NCBI GenBank assembly: GCA_963848305.1
Contig: CAWKDC010000001.1
Location: 1,312,001-1,376,000 of the forward strand
DNA length: 64,000 bases
Direction of reading: 5' to 3'
From: an uncultured Gammaproteobacteria bacterium
GTDB lineage: Bacteria; Pseudomonadota; Gammaproteobacteria; JABCZS01
The notes under the pieces are model-generated. The model ran no database searches. It worked only from the letters and a program-made list of their open reading frames with translations, and was not told the origin of the DNA. A program made the translations under genes and the position numbers. Position 1 is the first letter of the stretch; every line of letters begins with the position of its first letter. Below, piece by piece: positions 20,232 to 30,128 of this stretch.

Positions 20232-23200
20232 ATGAGTGGTAAAGGTAAGGGCAAGGGTAAGGCAATACAGAAACGAACCAAGGTTGAGTCGTCATCCTCG
20301 TCATCCTCGTCCTCATCTGGCAGCAGCACACCTGCTATGGTTGTCACTCCCGAACTATCACATTTTGATGAACATTTTAAGACCATTCAATGTGTTGCAG
20401 AACAGATTGAGCCGATCGTCAACATGAAAGTATATGGCCATGGTTCTTGGTGTGCGATTGCGAAGATATTGGAAGATGGTTTTGTATCTGAAGAACAAGA
20501 GTGTTATTTCAAAAAGCATCTAAAAGAAAAAGGGGATGTAGATATCATCATTCTTTTCGACGATGACTTAACGGGTGATCAGTCTTCAAAACAAAAGATG
20601 CTTGAAAATGAAAAGATTATCTTCAATAAATTGAAAGCATTAGAGCAATGTCAGGTGAGTCGTGTTGATCTTGGTAATGTCAATGAACCAGGCAAATTTT
20701 ATAAATTTGAGTTTGTATATGCTGGCTCCCCATATGATTTGGAAATGGCGAGTCAAGATTCCAATGATCATTCCTTGTCCCCTGCTTCAGTGATGTTTGA
20801 TAAAGATCGAAATCCAATTTTTGGGAAAAAGCACGAGCATCAAGAAAGACATCGAAGATTTCTCTCACATCAAGAGATACACATGCCTGGCCTTACTGAT
20901 TACAAACCGTCAGCGTCTGTTTCAGTGAAATATTGGGAAAGTGTTCGTGTGATAGCTTATGCGATCAAGTCGGCCTTGTTTTATATCGGTTCAAGCAAAG
21001 AACCAGGGTATTATGTGACAAATGATATGATCACTCAGCTAAAGAATTATAAAGACAATCCATATCTATGGAAAGATGTGAGAAAATTTTATAATGATAA
21101 ATATTTCACAAAAAATCGTGTTGCAATGAAAATTGATGAAGCATTGGTTCATATCGAGAAAGCAAGTCGTTATCCAGATCTTTGCAGGATGAGTCGACAA
21201 CAAGTGCTGGCTAGAGAATGGGATAAGTTGAGATTAAGTTACCTTAAAACAATGAGCATCATAGAGGATCTGAATCAGAGAAGCAAGACTAAATTAGAAT
21301 CTCCATTTTCATCGGATATAATGGCAGCGACAAGGCCAGGACCCACTAATGTTTCATATGATGAACAAGTAACGATTATTTTTGAAAAAATAGAAGTGCT
21401 GAAAAAATCTCAAAAAGAAGCAGAGGCGCAGTATGAATATTATAGTAATATACTGAAAAATAAAATACAGTTAAAAGAGGGGGAAAATAACTCTCCAAGC
21501 ATGTCTGTTTCAACATCCAGCGTTTCAAGTCATGAGGATATCAGTGAAGGTGAACTATCCCCACGGCATTCAGATACTTCATCAAGTGAGAACGCGGGAT
21601 CCACCAAAAATACAACAACTGAAACGTCATCAGATGAATCACCTGTGAGAATTACGGAAGAAAATGAAAAGAGATCACCTCATGTGGATATCAGTGAAGA
21701 TAAGCAATCCACTCTGCATTCAGATACATCTTCAAGTAGAATGCCAGGATCAGACAGTGTAAAAGCTAAAACTTCATCCAAATCACCTGAGAAAAAACCG
21801 ACCGAAAATAAAAAGAAATCTCCCGATAAAAAGAAGGAAAATGCTAAGAAAAATAACAATAACAATAACAATAAAAACAGCAATAACAGCGATGATGAAT
21901 TTGACCTGATTTTACAATCAGCGCAGGCATCGAACGCAGCATATTTGAAGAAAAAAGCGGAGATAGCAAGCAATGCAAGGGATAGGATGTTTCAGTTGCT
22001 ACTCGCTGGGGATAGCAATGTAAAAGAAATTAATGAGAAAACAGTGGCCGCCAGCTTCAGGGGGAAATCGAAATCAGATGATAAAATTACCATTGAAGGC
22101 ATAAAAAAATCATTTGATGAAAATAGAAATGTATTGGTTATGTTAAATGCAATATTGAAAAGAGCAGATTTTTATGAAAGCGATATGCAGCTTCTTGATT
22201 CACATGAAATCCCGGATCAATTTTTTTACGAAGTGATGAATGACATCAGACTTAATGTTGACTCTTTTGAAAACAAGAAAAATGATAAAAAATTCTCTAT
22301 ATCAGATGCATATTTTAATCAAGAAACTGAGACTCAGAAGGCTAATAAAATAATTAAGGGTTTTGCAGATGATCTCGAAGTAGTTGTTAATAAGCATGCT
22401 CAAGTTGAATCAGGAAAATCAACATCAATGCGAGTACAGCTTGTCAGGTTTTTCATAAAAAAATATAAAACATTAAAAATTGTTATTAAAAATTCACTGC
22501 ATCTTGATGCAATTTCCTATGTGCCTAATCCCAAAAATGTTATGAATGACATGAAAAGAACAAATGAATTGCTTGAAGGCTTTCTGAAGCAGTATGTCGA
22601 AAATAAAGACAAAAAAATTGTTGATGAATTTCAAGATTATGCTAACAAGAAAGGATTCGACGTATTCACAAAAATGCGTGCTTACATGCGAATACTCTTC
22701 ACATATTTAGAGTTTCATGAAAAGAATTATTCGGAAATCATCGATATGTATGTCGAATATATGCGCAGAGAGAAAAACAACCCATATTTAGTTAAAAGAG
22801 ATGAAGAAATAGAATTTTTTAAAAATGTGATGTCGACTTCCTTAGCAGGAAAAGGAGAGATTCCACGAGTTGAATCTGTTAAATCAATCGTTGCGTCATT
22901 TAAGCATGAGTCAGGTTGGACAGTGTCACCTGATCGTATTATGTGCGGTATTTTTGAAGAAGCAGTGACAATATCAGACACTATGGAGACATTTGAACAG
23001 TTAGTTCCAGAGTGTTTTAGGACAGGTCTTTATTACCAAGACGAAGATCGAAACGAAGAGATGGTAGGACATCCTAGTGTAATCTCACTTAGTTTGACAG
23101 AGTTCATTTCAAATAACTCTGTGTTGCCTATGACAAATGACCCACTTAGTCAATATAATAATGTGATGGCATATTTAAAAGGTGCGCTACTGATGTCAGA

Positions 23201-25040
23201 GAGATTGTATTATAAATCAATTGATCCAAGAAAATCGAATGGTTTGCTGAATATGTTCAAGTATTTCTATTTTTTAGTTTCTGAGATATCCATTAAAAAC
23301 TACGCGGTTCTTGCAAAGGCGAGCGAGATTAATGAATTTAGAAGGGATGATAAAAATGTTTCTGCTCTCGTTAATAATTACCTTGCTGACAAAATGTCCA
23401 AAATAAATTCAGATAATTTTAGTGAATGGAAAGAAGCATTTAAATACTTGATTGATAGAATACAACGTGATTTTGTTCACTTTGATATGAATAGAATTCG
23501 AATATTTCTTAAAACGAATGAAACCATGACACCAGAACTGAGGGTATGGTTTGATTTAGCTATGATCCACTATTTAGAACAAAACAAGATAATTGAAAAG
23601 TCAAGCATAGTATATCCAGTCACCGATCCAGAGAATAATCACCGTTTAGTTTCAATAGGTTGGCTGTTTACAGCGATCGAAGCGAAGGGTAAGTTTTTAA
23701 TCCAAGAGAGTGATATCTTTGTTGAGAAGACAGCTAAAATTTATGCCAAAGGATATGAACGCGTTGGCATGAAATTCTCCCCTTTCATTTATATTAGAGG
23801 TTTTGCTCAAAATAACTTTTCTGATGGTGAACTGATTAAATTTATCGATGTTATATTCACATACTCAACTCTTTTAATGCTCTTTGATTGCAGGAATGAT
23901 TTTAGAACTGTTACTACTTTTAGTAACCACCTGATTTGTTCTTTAGAGTCTTTTGCTCTTGATCACTTTTATCGTGAGAAATTTAATAAGGGCAAGCCTG
24001 AGCTCGCAGACGTTAATGCTTTTCTGAAAAAAGTAATACGAATTCGTCAGCTTTATAATCAATCTTTTAGAAGATTGCTTAAGATTTATTTAACACTTCC
24101 ACTGGATCAAATCTCAGGGCTATATTCTAGAAAGTGTCAAAATGGAAGTAGCCCATCTGAAAAGGTTGAATTTAAGGCATTTTTGTTCACCTACGCCATC
24201 ACATTTGTACAAGTAAATGCTTGCGCAGTGGCAAATGGAGATCTGTTGGATGTTATATCTTTCTATGTACCATTCCAGAATCAATTGTCAGATAATCTAT
24301 ATGAATCCTTAGAATCTGTTATGCAAAATCATGAACCTGTTATTCAGACGATAGATCGTTTAATAATGTTAGAGATATTATCTGCCTATTTAAAACGTAT
24401 GGATCCAAATTGGCAAATTGATAACTCCACCCAGAAACAAATTCAAATGCTATATGACCTAGGTGTTGCGAGAAAAAATTCATTTGATGGATTGAAAGCA
24501 TATATGTTCAGTTCACTTCAAAATAGACCGTTTGTCATAAAGTCCGTTATATACTTTATGAGGGTAAATCGCAAAAAAGAGTTAGATGAAATCCTGCCTA
24601 TGCCGTTAATTAATAAGCTGCTCGAATTGTCTGAGAATATAACAGAGGACGATGTTAATTTTATCACTCTTAATTTGTTTTGCTCATATGGTGCTGTAAC
24701 AAATCATGATCCAAATCTTCAAAATCACCGAAAAATGTTTTGGGAAGCTGATTTGATTTATGCTGTTTATTTGATGAAAATAGATGAGTTTGTCTTGCGT
24801 GATGACTATTCCTCTGAGAAAAAGAAAGAAAATCTTGATAAAATTAGATCATTGCATACTTACTCAAGAAAGACATTTAAAGCAGGTGAGGCGATGCGCA
24901 ATGATGAGGCGAGAGCAACGGGTGCGCCAAGTCTGATTGCAGCGCCTACTGTTCAAGGGAGGCAGCAACTTTCAGGGCCTTCATCAGTCTCTCAGGAAGC
25001 TGTGGTAAAGAAGACATCAGGAGAGGCCAGTCCTGTTTGA
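20232..25040 (+). CDS. large AT-rich orphan protein (1602 aa), putative secreted effector with NTase-like N-terminal domain
   Basis: Uninterrupted ORF with TATAAT and AGGTG upstream. Contains poly-S, poly-N and K-rich segments and a GHGS...DVDII motif. Inserted opposite to the ubi-hinT-tat run. Confidence 0.85.
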   Translation: MSGKGKGKGKAIQKRTKVESSSSSSSSSSGSSTPAMVVTPELSHFDEHFKTIQCVAEQIEPIVNMKVYGHGSWCAIAKILEDGFVSEEQECYFKKHLKEKGDVDIIILFDDDLTGDQSSKQKMLENEKIIFNKLKALEQCQVSRVDLGNVNEPGKFYKFEFVYAGSPYDLEMASQDSNDHSLSPASVMFDKDRNPIFGKKHEHQERHRRFLSHQEIHMPGLTDYKPSASVSVKYWESVRVIAYAIKSALFYIGSSKEPGYYVTNDMITQLKNYKDNPYLWKDVRKFYNDKYFTKNRVAMKIDEALVHIEKASRYPDLCRMSRQQVLAREWDKLRLSYLKTMSIIEDLNQRSKTKLESPFSSDIMAATRPGPTNVSYDEQVTIIFEKIEVLKKSQKEAEAQYEYYSNILKNKIQLKEGENNSPSMSVSTSSVSSHEDISEGELSPRHSDTSSSENAGSTKNTTTETSSDESPVRITEENEKRSPHVDISEDKQSTLHSDTSSSRMPGSDSVKAKTSSKSPEKKPTENKKKSPDKKKENAKKNNNNNNNKNSNNSDDEFDLILQSAQASNAAYLKKKAEIASNARDRMFQLLLAGDSNVKEINEKTVAASFRGKSKSDDKITIEGIKKSFDENRNVLVMLNAILKRADFYESDMQLLDSHEIPDQFFYEVMNDIRLNVDSFENKKNDKKFSISDAYFNQETETQKANKIIKGFADDLEVVVNKHAQVESGKSTSMRVQLVRFFIKKYKTLKIVIKNSLHLDAISYVPNPKNVMNDMKRTNELLEGFLKQYVENKDKKIVDEFQDYANKKGFDVFTKMRAYMRILFTYLEFHEKNYSEIIDMYVEYMRREKNNPYLVKRDEEIEFFKNVMSTSLAGKGEIPRVESVKSIVASFKHESGWTVSPDRIMCGIFEEAVTISDTMETFEQLVPECFRTGLYYQDEDRNEEMVGHPSVISLSLTEFISNNSVLPMTNDPLSQYNNVMAYLKGALLMSERLYYKSIDPRKSNGLLNMFKYFYFLVSEISIKNYAVLAKASEINEFRRDDKNVSALVNNYLADKMSKINSDNFSEWKEAFKYLIDRIQRDFVHFDMNRIRIFLKTNETMTPELRVWFDLAMIHYLEQNKIIEKSSIVYPVTDPENNHRLVSIGWLFTAIEAKGKFLIQESDIFVEKTAKIYAKGYERVGMKFSPFIYIRGFAQNNFSDGELIKFIDVIFTYSTLLMLFDCRNDFRTVTTFSNHLICSLESFALDHFYREKFNKGKPELADVNAFLKKVIRIRQLYNQSFRRLLKIYLTLPLDQISGLYSRKCQNGSSPSEKVEFKAFLFTYAITFVQVNACAVANGDLLDVISFYVPFQNQLSDNLYESLESVMQNHEPVIQTIDRLIMLEILSAYLKRMDPNWQIDNSTQKQIQMLYDLGVARKNSFDGLKAYMFSSLQNRPFVIKSVIYFMRVNRKKELDEILPMPLINKLLELSENITEDDVNFITLNLFCSYGAVTNHDPNLQNHRKMFWEADLIYAVYLMKIDEFVLRDDYSSEKKKENLDKIRSLHTYSRKTFKAGEAMRNDEARATGAPSLIAAPTVQGRQQLSGPSSVSQEAVVKKTSGEASPV

Positions 25041-26301
25041 CTGATTTGAGAAAACCTTTGACACCAAATGTGTTTTTCATCCATGATTCAACAATGGGTC
25101 GAGCTGTATCCCACACATTTAGCTCTGGATACAAATGTCTCGTGATGCCTTCTACATTCAAGATGGTTTTTTGTAGCAAGATCAGTTGAGGTTGTATACG
25201 CATTTCAAACTGCTGTGCTGTTTGAAATAAGCGCAGAAGCAATTTTCCAAATGATATATCTTGGATTGAGCGTTCAAGCATGGGTTCGCAGACCGTGCGA
25301 ATAGCCGCCTCAAATTCATCAACACGTACTGTTTTTGGTACCCAGCCAGATTCTATGTGTAACTCAGCGACCCGTCTGTAATCTCTGTGAATGAATGCCA
25401 TGAGATTTTGGGCAAGATAATTCTGGTCAGTTTTGCTTAACGTGCCCATGATTCCAAAATCGACTAATATGAACTGAGGTGATTCAGGGTTACATGTGTT
25501 GATAAAGACATTACCCGGATGCATGTCTGCATGAAAGTATCGGTGTTCAAATACTTGCCTAAAAAAAAGTTCAATACCGGTTTTTGCCAGTAACGCTAAG
25601 TCTACGCCTTGCGCGAGTAAAGCTTCCTTGTCGCCAATACATGTTCCATGAATTCTTTCTAATGTGGCGACACGAGTAGCCGTATAATCCCAATATACTG
25701 AAGGAATTTTAACATGTGGCATATCTGCCAAATTGCGCTTCAAGACAGAACTGTTTGCTGTTTCGCGGATCAGATCCAATTCATTGTTTAATGTCTTATC
25801 CACTTCTTCGACCACTTCATGTAATCGCAAAATCGCCAAACTGGGTACAAACGTTTTGATGAAACGTGAGAGTTTATAGAGTAAACGTACGTCTCGCGCA
25901 ATAATCTTTTCGATGTCTGGTCGAAGTACTTTCACCACCACCGACTCCCCTGAGTGCAAGCGTGCCCCATGAACTTGCGCAATCGATGCGCTGCCCAAAG
26001 GGTGTTCATCAAATTCAGCGAACAGTGTTTTAATGGGTTTTTGAAGAGCCGTTTCGATCGATTGAATCGCGATTTCGCCTGAAAACGGAGCGACCTTGTC
26101 TTGTAGTAAGATCAGGGATGCTGCAACATTGGGCGGAATTAAATCCGGTCGTGTGGACATGGCCTGACCGAGTTTAATAAACAGTGGCCCAAGCGCTTGC
26201 AGGGCCGCACAAATATCTTCGCCATTGGTTCTGTCTCTGAAAAGATTATATTTCTGAAGCGTGAATAAAATTGTGAAGGCACGTCGTGTATCATGGAACA
26301 T
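24946..26301 (-). CDS. ubiB: ubiquinone biosynthesis protein kinase-like UbiB
   Basis: LGP.FIKLGQ.MSTRPD, GSASIAQVH, VVKV.RP, FHADMHPGN, DFGIMG, QPQL.LLQKT. Confidence 0.95.
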   Translation of the reverse strand: MFHDTRRAFTILFTLQKYNLFRDRTNGEDICAALQALGPLFIKLGQAMSTRPDLIPPNVAASLILLQDKVAPFSGEIAIQSIETALQKPIKTLFAEFDEHPLGSASIAQVHGARLHSGESVVVKVLRPDIEKIIARDVRLLYKLSRFIKTFVPSLAILRLHEVVEEVDKTLNNELDLIRETANSSVLKRNLADMPHVKIPSVYWDYTATRVATLERIHGTCIGDKEALLAQGVDLALLAKTGIELFFRQVFEHRYFHADMHPGNVFINTCNPESPQFILVDFGIMGTLSKTDQNYLAQNLMAFIHRDYRRVAELHIESGWVPKTVRVDEFEAAIRTVCEPMLERSIQDISFGKLLLRLFQTAQQFEMRIQPQLILLQKTILNVEGITRHLYPELNVWDTARPIVESWMKNTFGVKGFLKSVKQDWPLLMSSLPQLPERLMKALKVAASLEQ

Positions 26302-26905
26302 GGTAGGACTCCGTGCGGCGTTTCAGTTGAGTGATTCTCGCAGCCAGGTGATCTGTGGCATAACGGAGCTCATTGACTTCTTTAGTGAAAGAAGCAAATT
26401 CTTCTTTTGATGTCACTGTGTTGGTTTCATAGCGACAATAATCTGCAATGTCTTGAATGGTATGATTCTTAATGTCAGTGGATTTTTCGAGCGCCATGCT
26501 AAACCCTTGAACCATTTTGTGTGCGATCGTTCCGCCGATCACAGTTTCTAAGAAGGCTTCGACATCGATGTCTAGATTACCAATTGCACGTTGCAATGCT
26601 TGGGCTACTTTTCCGTCACCTGCAATGTGCAAATTGGCGACGGAATGTGATGTCATGGTTTTAAAAAATTGAACCGGTGTCGCTGTCAGCGTCAATGCAA
26701 CGGGTAGGATTGTTTCGCTGCTAAGCATGATGGCATTGTTTGAGCAGTTCATTTCAATCACACTTTTCATCGGCTCAAACACAAATCTTATGCGTTTTTG
26801 GTTTAGTGGTTCAAGCACCGTGGTGTCAGCGTGGGCTAATATTGCATTGATAAAACGTTGGGCACGCGATAATATCCATTCAAGAGCGAGAGAGGGCTTC
26901 ACCAT
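26291..26905 (-). CDS. ubiJ: ubiquinone biosynthesis accessory factor UbiJ
   Basis: SCP2-like region, I.GD..VAQ.L, DIDVE..L....G; between ubiE and ubiB. Confidence 0.8.
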   Translation of the reverse strand: MVKPSLALEWILSRAQRFINAILAHADTTVLEPLNQKRIRFVFEPMKSVIEMNCSNNAIMLSSETILPVALTLTATPVQFFKTMTSHSVANLHIAGDGKVAQALQRAIGNLDIDVEAFLETVIGGTIAHKMVQGFSMALEKSTDIKNHTIQDIADYCRYETNTVTSKEEFASFTKEVNELRYATDHLAARITQLKRRTESYHVP

Positions 26906-27645
26906 TTGTAGCCTCGATGGATGGCGACAACGCCACCGGTGATATTCAAATAATCAGCATGATCAAAACCTGCTGACAAGAATAACGATTTGAGTGTTTC
27001 TTGATCAGGATGCATGCGGATGGATTCCACCAAGTATTGATAACTTGCTTCATCGTTGGCAATCCATGCGCCGAGTTTTGGAATGATTTTAAATGAATAC
27101 TGATCATAAATTTTTTGAAGCCATGTGTGGGCAGGTTTGGAAAATTCCAGTACCAATACACGACCGCCTGGCTTTAGTACGCGAACCATTTCTTTCAATG
27201 CTTTTTCAGGTTCGGTGACATTGCGCAATCCGAACCCCATGGTGATCGCATCGAAATAGTTGTCTGGAAAAGGCAAAGATTGTGCATCTGCCACCACAAA
27301 TTCAATCTGATTAAAAATGCCTGAGTTCAAGCATTTTTCTCGCGCTTTTTCAAGCATGTTAGGGTTGATATCTGATGCAATGACTTTGCCTGTAGGTCCG
27401 ACTTGTTTGGCGATGGCACGTGACAAATCACCTGTTCCCGCTGCTAAATCGAGCACTTGTTCCCCGGGTACAGCTTTCAATAAATCGATCGTGATTTTTT
27501 TCCACAACCGGTGCATGCCAAATGACATGGCATCATTCATCACATCATAGCTGGGCGCAACACCATCAAAGACTGCTGCGACACGTTTCACCTTTTCTGT
27601 GAGGGGAACTCTTTCAAAGCCAAAATGCGTCGTGTCTTTGTTCAT
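26899..27645 (-). CDS. ubiE: ubiquinone/menaquinone C-methyltransferase
   Basis: THFGF, YD.MND.MSFG.HRLWK, LDLAAGTGD, FGLRNVT, YLVESI..HP. Confidence 0.97.
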   Translation of the reverse strand: MNKDTTHFGFERVPLTEKVKRVAAVFDGVAPSYDVMNDAMSFGMHRLWKKITIDLLKAVPGEQVLDLAAGTGDLSRAIAKQVGPTGKVIASDINPNMLEKAREKCLNSGIFNQIEFVVADAQSLPFPDNYFDAITMGFGLRNVTEPEKALKEMVRVLKPGGRVLVLEFSKPAHTWLQKIYDQYSFKIIPKLGAWIANDEASYQYLVESIRMHPDQETLKSLFLSAGFDHADYLNITGGVVAIHRGYKW

Positions 27646-27653
27646 GATGATGC

Positions 27654-29000
27654 CTATAAAATGTATCGTGAAAGATCTTCGTTCATTGCCAAATCGCCCA
27701 GATGCTCATTTACATAGGCTTCATCAATGGAGATCGTTTTGCCTTTGTGCATCGTCGCATTGAATGAAATGTCCTCAAGTAACCGTTCAATCACGGTATG
27801 CAAACGGCGTGCACCGATATTTTCAGTTTTTTCATTCACGTAAAATGCAACAGATGCAATACGATGAATTGATGAGGGCGTGAACTCCAGCGTGACACCT
27901 TCAGTTGCCAATAGAGCTTTACATTGATCTGTGATGGATGCTTTGGGTTCTGTCAGAATGCATTTAAAATCTTCTGTACTCAGCGCATTCAGTTCAACAC
28001 GGATCGGTAAGCGCCCTTGCATTTCTGGGATCAAATCTGAGGGACGTGACAAATGAAATGCGCCAGAACAAATGAATAACATGTGCTTTGTGTTGATCGA
28101 ACCGTATTTCGTGTTGATGATCGTGCCTTCAATCAACGGCAATAAATCTCGCTGGACACCTTCACGTGGCGTGGTGCTGTGAAAACGCTCATCACTGCGC
28201 GAAGTGATTTTATCGAATTCATCGATAAACACAATGCCGTTTTGTTCGGCATTTTCAATTGCTTTGGCTTTGATCTCATCTTCATTCAATAATTTATACG
28301 CTTCTTCATCAAGCAATGTTTTTTTAGCAACAGCCACAGTCATTTTGCGTTTTTTCTTGCGGTCGCTGGACATGTTTTGAAAAAGATCTGTGAGTTGAGA
28401 AGTCATGTCTTCCATGCCAGGAGGTGTGACAATTTCAAACGCAGTGCTTGTGGAGACTTCAATCTCGACCATGGTATCTTCTAATTCATTGCGTCGCAAT
28501 TTCTCACGGAATAGTCGGCGTGCAGCAGAGTCTTCGCTGGCTTTCAGATCGCTGGGCTCATCTTCAAACATGGCGCGTGATGGAGGGATCAGTGCATCTA
28601 GTATGCGATTTTCAACGCCTTCCATCGCCTTTTCTCGCACTTTTTCCATTTCAGCGGCGCGGGCCATTTTGATAGCGCTGTCGATCAAATCACGGATGAT
28701 AGAATCCACATCGCGACCGACAAAACCAATTTCCGTGAATTTTGTCGCTTCTACTTTGATAAAAGGTGCATTGGCTAATACAGCCAAACGACGTGCAATC
28801 TCGGTCTTCCCGCAACCGGTGGGGCCAATCATCAAAATGTTTTTGGGATAAATTTCATCGCGCAAAAGAGGGTCTGTGACTTCTTTGCGACGCCAGCGAT
28901 TACGCATGGCAATTGCCACGGCACGTTTGGCATTGTGTTGTCCGATGATGTATTTATCAAGTTCAGCAACAATTTCGGGAGGTGTTAATTCGTGGGACAT
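27654..29000 (-). CDS. hslU: HslU ATPase subunit
   Basis: [42 protein letters not shown]. Confidence 0.97.
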   Translation of the reverse strand: MSHELTPPEIVAELDKYIIGQHNAKRAVAIAMRNRWRRKEVTDPLLRDEIYPKNILMIGPTGCGKTEIARRLAVLANAPFIKVEATKFTEIGFVGRDVDSIIRDLIDSAIKMARAAEMEKVREKAMEGVENRILDALIPPSRAMFEDEPSDLKASEDSAARRLFREKLRRNELEDTMVEIEVSTSTAFEIVTPPGMEDMTSQLTDLFQNMSSDRKKKRKMTVAVAKKTLLDEEAYKLLNEDEIKAKAIENAEQNGIVFIDEFDKITSRSDERFHSTTPREGVQRDLLPLIEGTIINTKYGSINTKHMLFICSGAFHLSRPSDLIPEMQGRLPIRVELNALSTEDFKCILTEPKASITDQCKALLATEGVTLEFTPSSIHRIASVAFYVNEKTENIGARRLHTVIERLLEDISFNATMHKGKTISIDEAYVNEHLGDLAMNEDLSRYIL

Positions 29001-29533
29001 GTGAGTGTTTCCAAGGTGACGTTGTTATTGGTATAAATGCAGATTTCGCCGGCGATTTTCAAGGCCTCTTGCACAATTTCTTTGGCATCCAGGTCAGAGT
29101 TACGTAATAAAGCCCGAGCGGCGGATTGGGCAAAAGCCCCGCCGGAGCCTATTGCGATCAAGTGATCTTCAGGTTCAATCACATCCCCATTGCCGGTGAT
29201 GATCAGGGATGCAGTATGATCAGCCACCGCTAGCAAGGCTTCAAGCCGACGGAGCATCTTATCGCTACGCCAATCTTTGGCCAGCTCAACCGCTGCTCGA
29301 ACCAGGTGACCCTGATGCTTTTCCAGCTTGGCTTCAAAGCGTTCAAAGAGTGTAAAGGCATCGGCCGTGCCACCGGCAAACCCGGCTAAGATCTTGTTTT
29401 GATAGATACGACGAACTTTCTTGGCATTACCCTTCACGACCGTGTTGCCTAATGTCACTTGGCCGTCTCCGCCAATGGCAATGAGGTTATCCCTGCGAAC
29501 GCAGATAATGGTAGTACCGTGATATTGTTCCAT
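28985..29533 (-). CDS. hslV: HslV protease subunit
   Basis: TTI..VRR, GDGQVT.G, GFAG.TADA.TL, IGSGG, ICIYTN. Confidence 0.97.
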   Translation of the reverse strand: MEQYHGTTIICVRRDNLIAIGGDGQVTLGNTVVKGNAKKVRRIYQNKILAGFAGGTADAFTLFERFEAKLEKHQGHLVRAAVELAKDWRSDKMLRRLEALLAVADHTASLIITGNGDVIEPEDHLIAIGSGGAFAQSAARALLRNSDLDAKEIVQEALKIAGEICIYTNNNVTLETLTCPTN

Positions 29534-29571
29534 GATAAGGTCCCCTTTGGTGAGCTGGAGCCATTATAACA

Positions 29572-30126
29572 TTAACCGTTGGTAGGCACCACGACACTGG
29601 TGATGGCTTCTGCTTTGAGAGTAGATTGCATCTTCAAGGCGGCTTGTTGAGAACCCAGCGGCGGTGTTTGAACGCGATACCAAGTGGTTCCATTGCCGAG
29701 CTTGGCTGATTGAATTTCAACGGTGAAGCCTGCCAAGGCCAGGCGGGCTTTCATGGCATCCGCTTCATGAAATGATTTGAATGAGGCCAGCTGCAAGCGA
29801 TAATTGGCTGAATGGGTAGGCTTTGACATGTTAGCGACAGTTGCCGGTTGCTGAGGCTTAGGGATGGGCGCGGCAGAAGGGCTCCGGGGCTGTTCGACTT
29901 TCACGTCAGGCAGCATCGTGTAAAAATCGAAGGTAGGTTTGGGAATTTTTTCAACTGTTTTGGCTGCGATCACCGGAGGCAGTTGATGCGGGCGGCTTTC
30001 ATGCCACTTCACGTAGCCTATGCTGCCCAGCACACTGCCCAGTGCTACGCCGAATAATAGCCAGGCCCATCCATGCCCACTGCTGGGCGTATGGCCACGT
30101 TTGTTTGCTCGTTTTCTATGTCGCAT
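29572..30126 (-). CDS. SPOR-domain cell division protein (FtsN-like)
   Basis: N-terminal TM, P.FDFYT.LP, LQ.ASF....A..M.A.L, WYRV; between argS and hslV. Confidence 0.85.
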   Translation of the reverse strand: MRHRKRANKRGHTPSSGHGWAWLLFGVALGSVLGSIGYVKWHESRPHQLPPVIAAKTVEKIPKPTFDFYTMLPDVKVEQPRSPSAAPIPKPQQPATVANMSKPTHSANYRLQLASFKSFHEADAMKARLALAGFTVEIQSAKLGNGTTWYRVQTPPLGSQQAALKMQSTLKAEAITSVVVPTNG

Positions 30127-30128
30127 CG

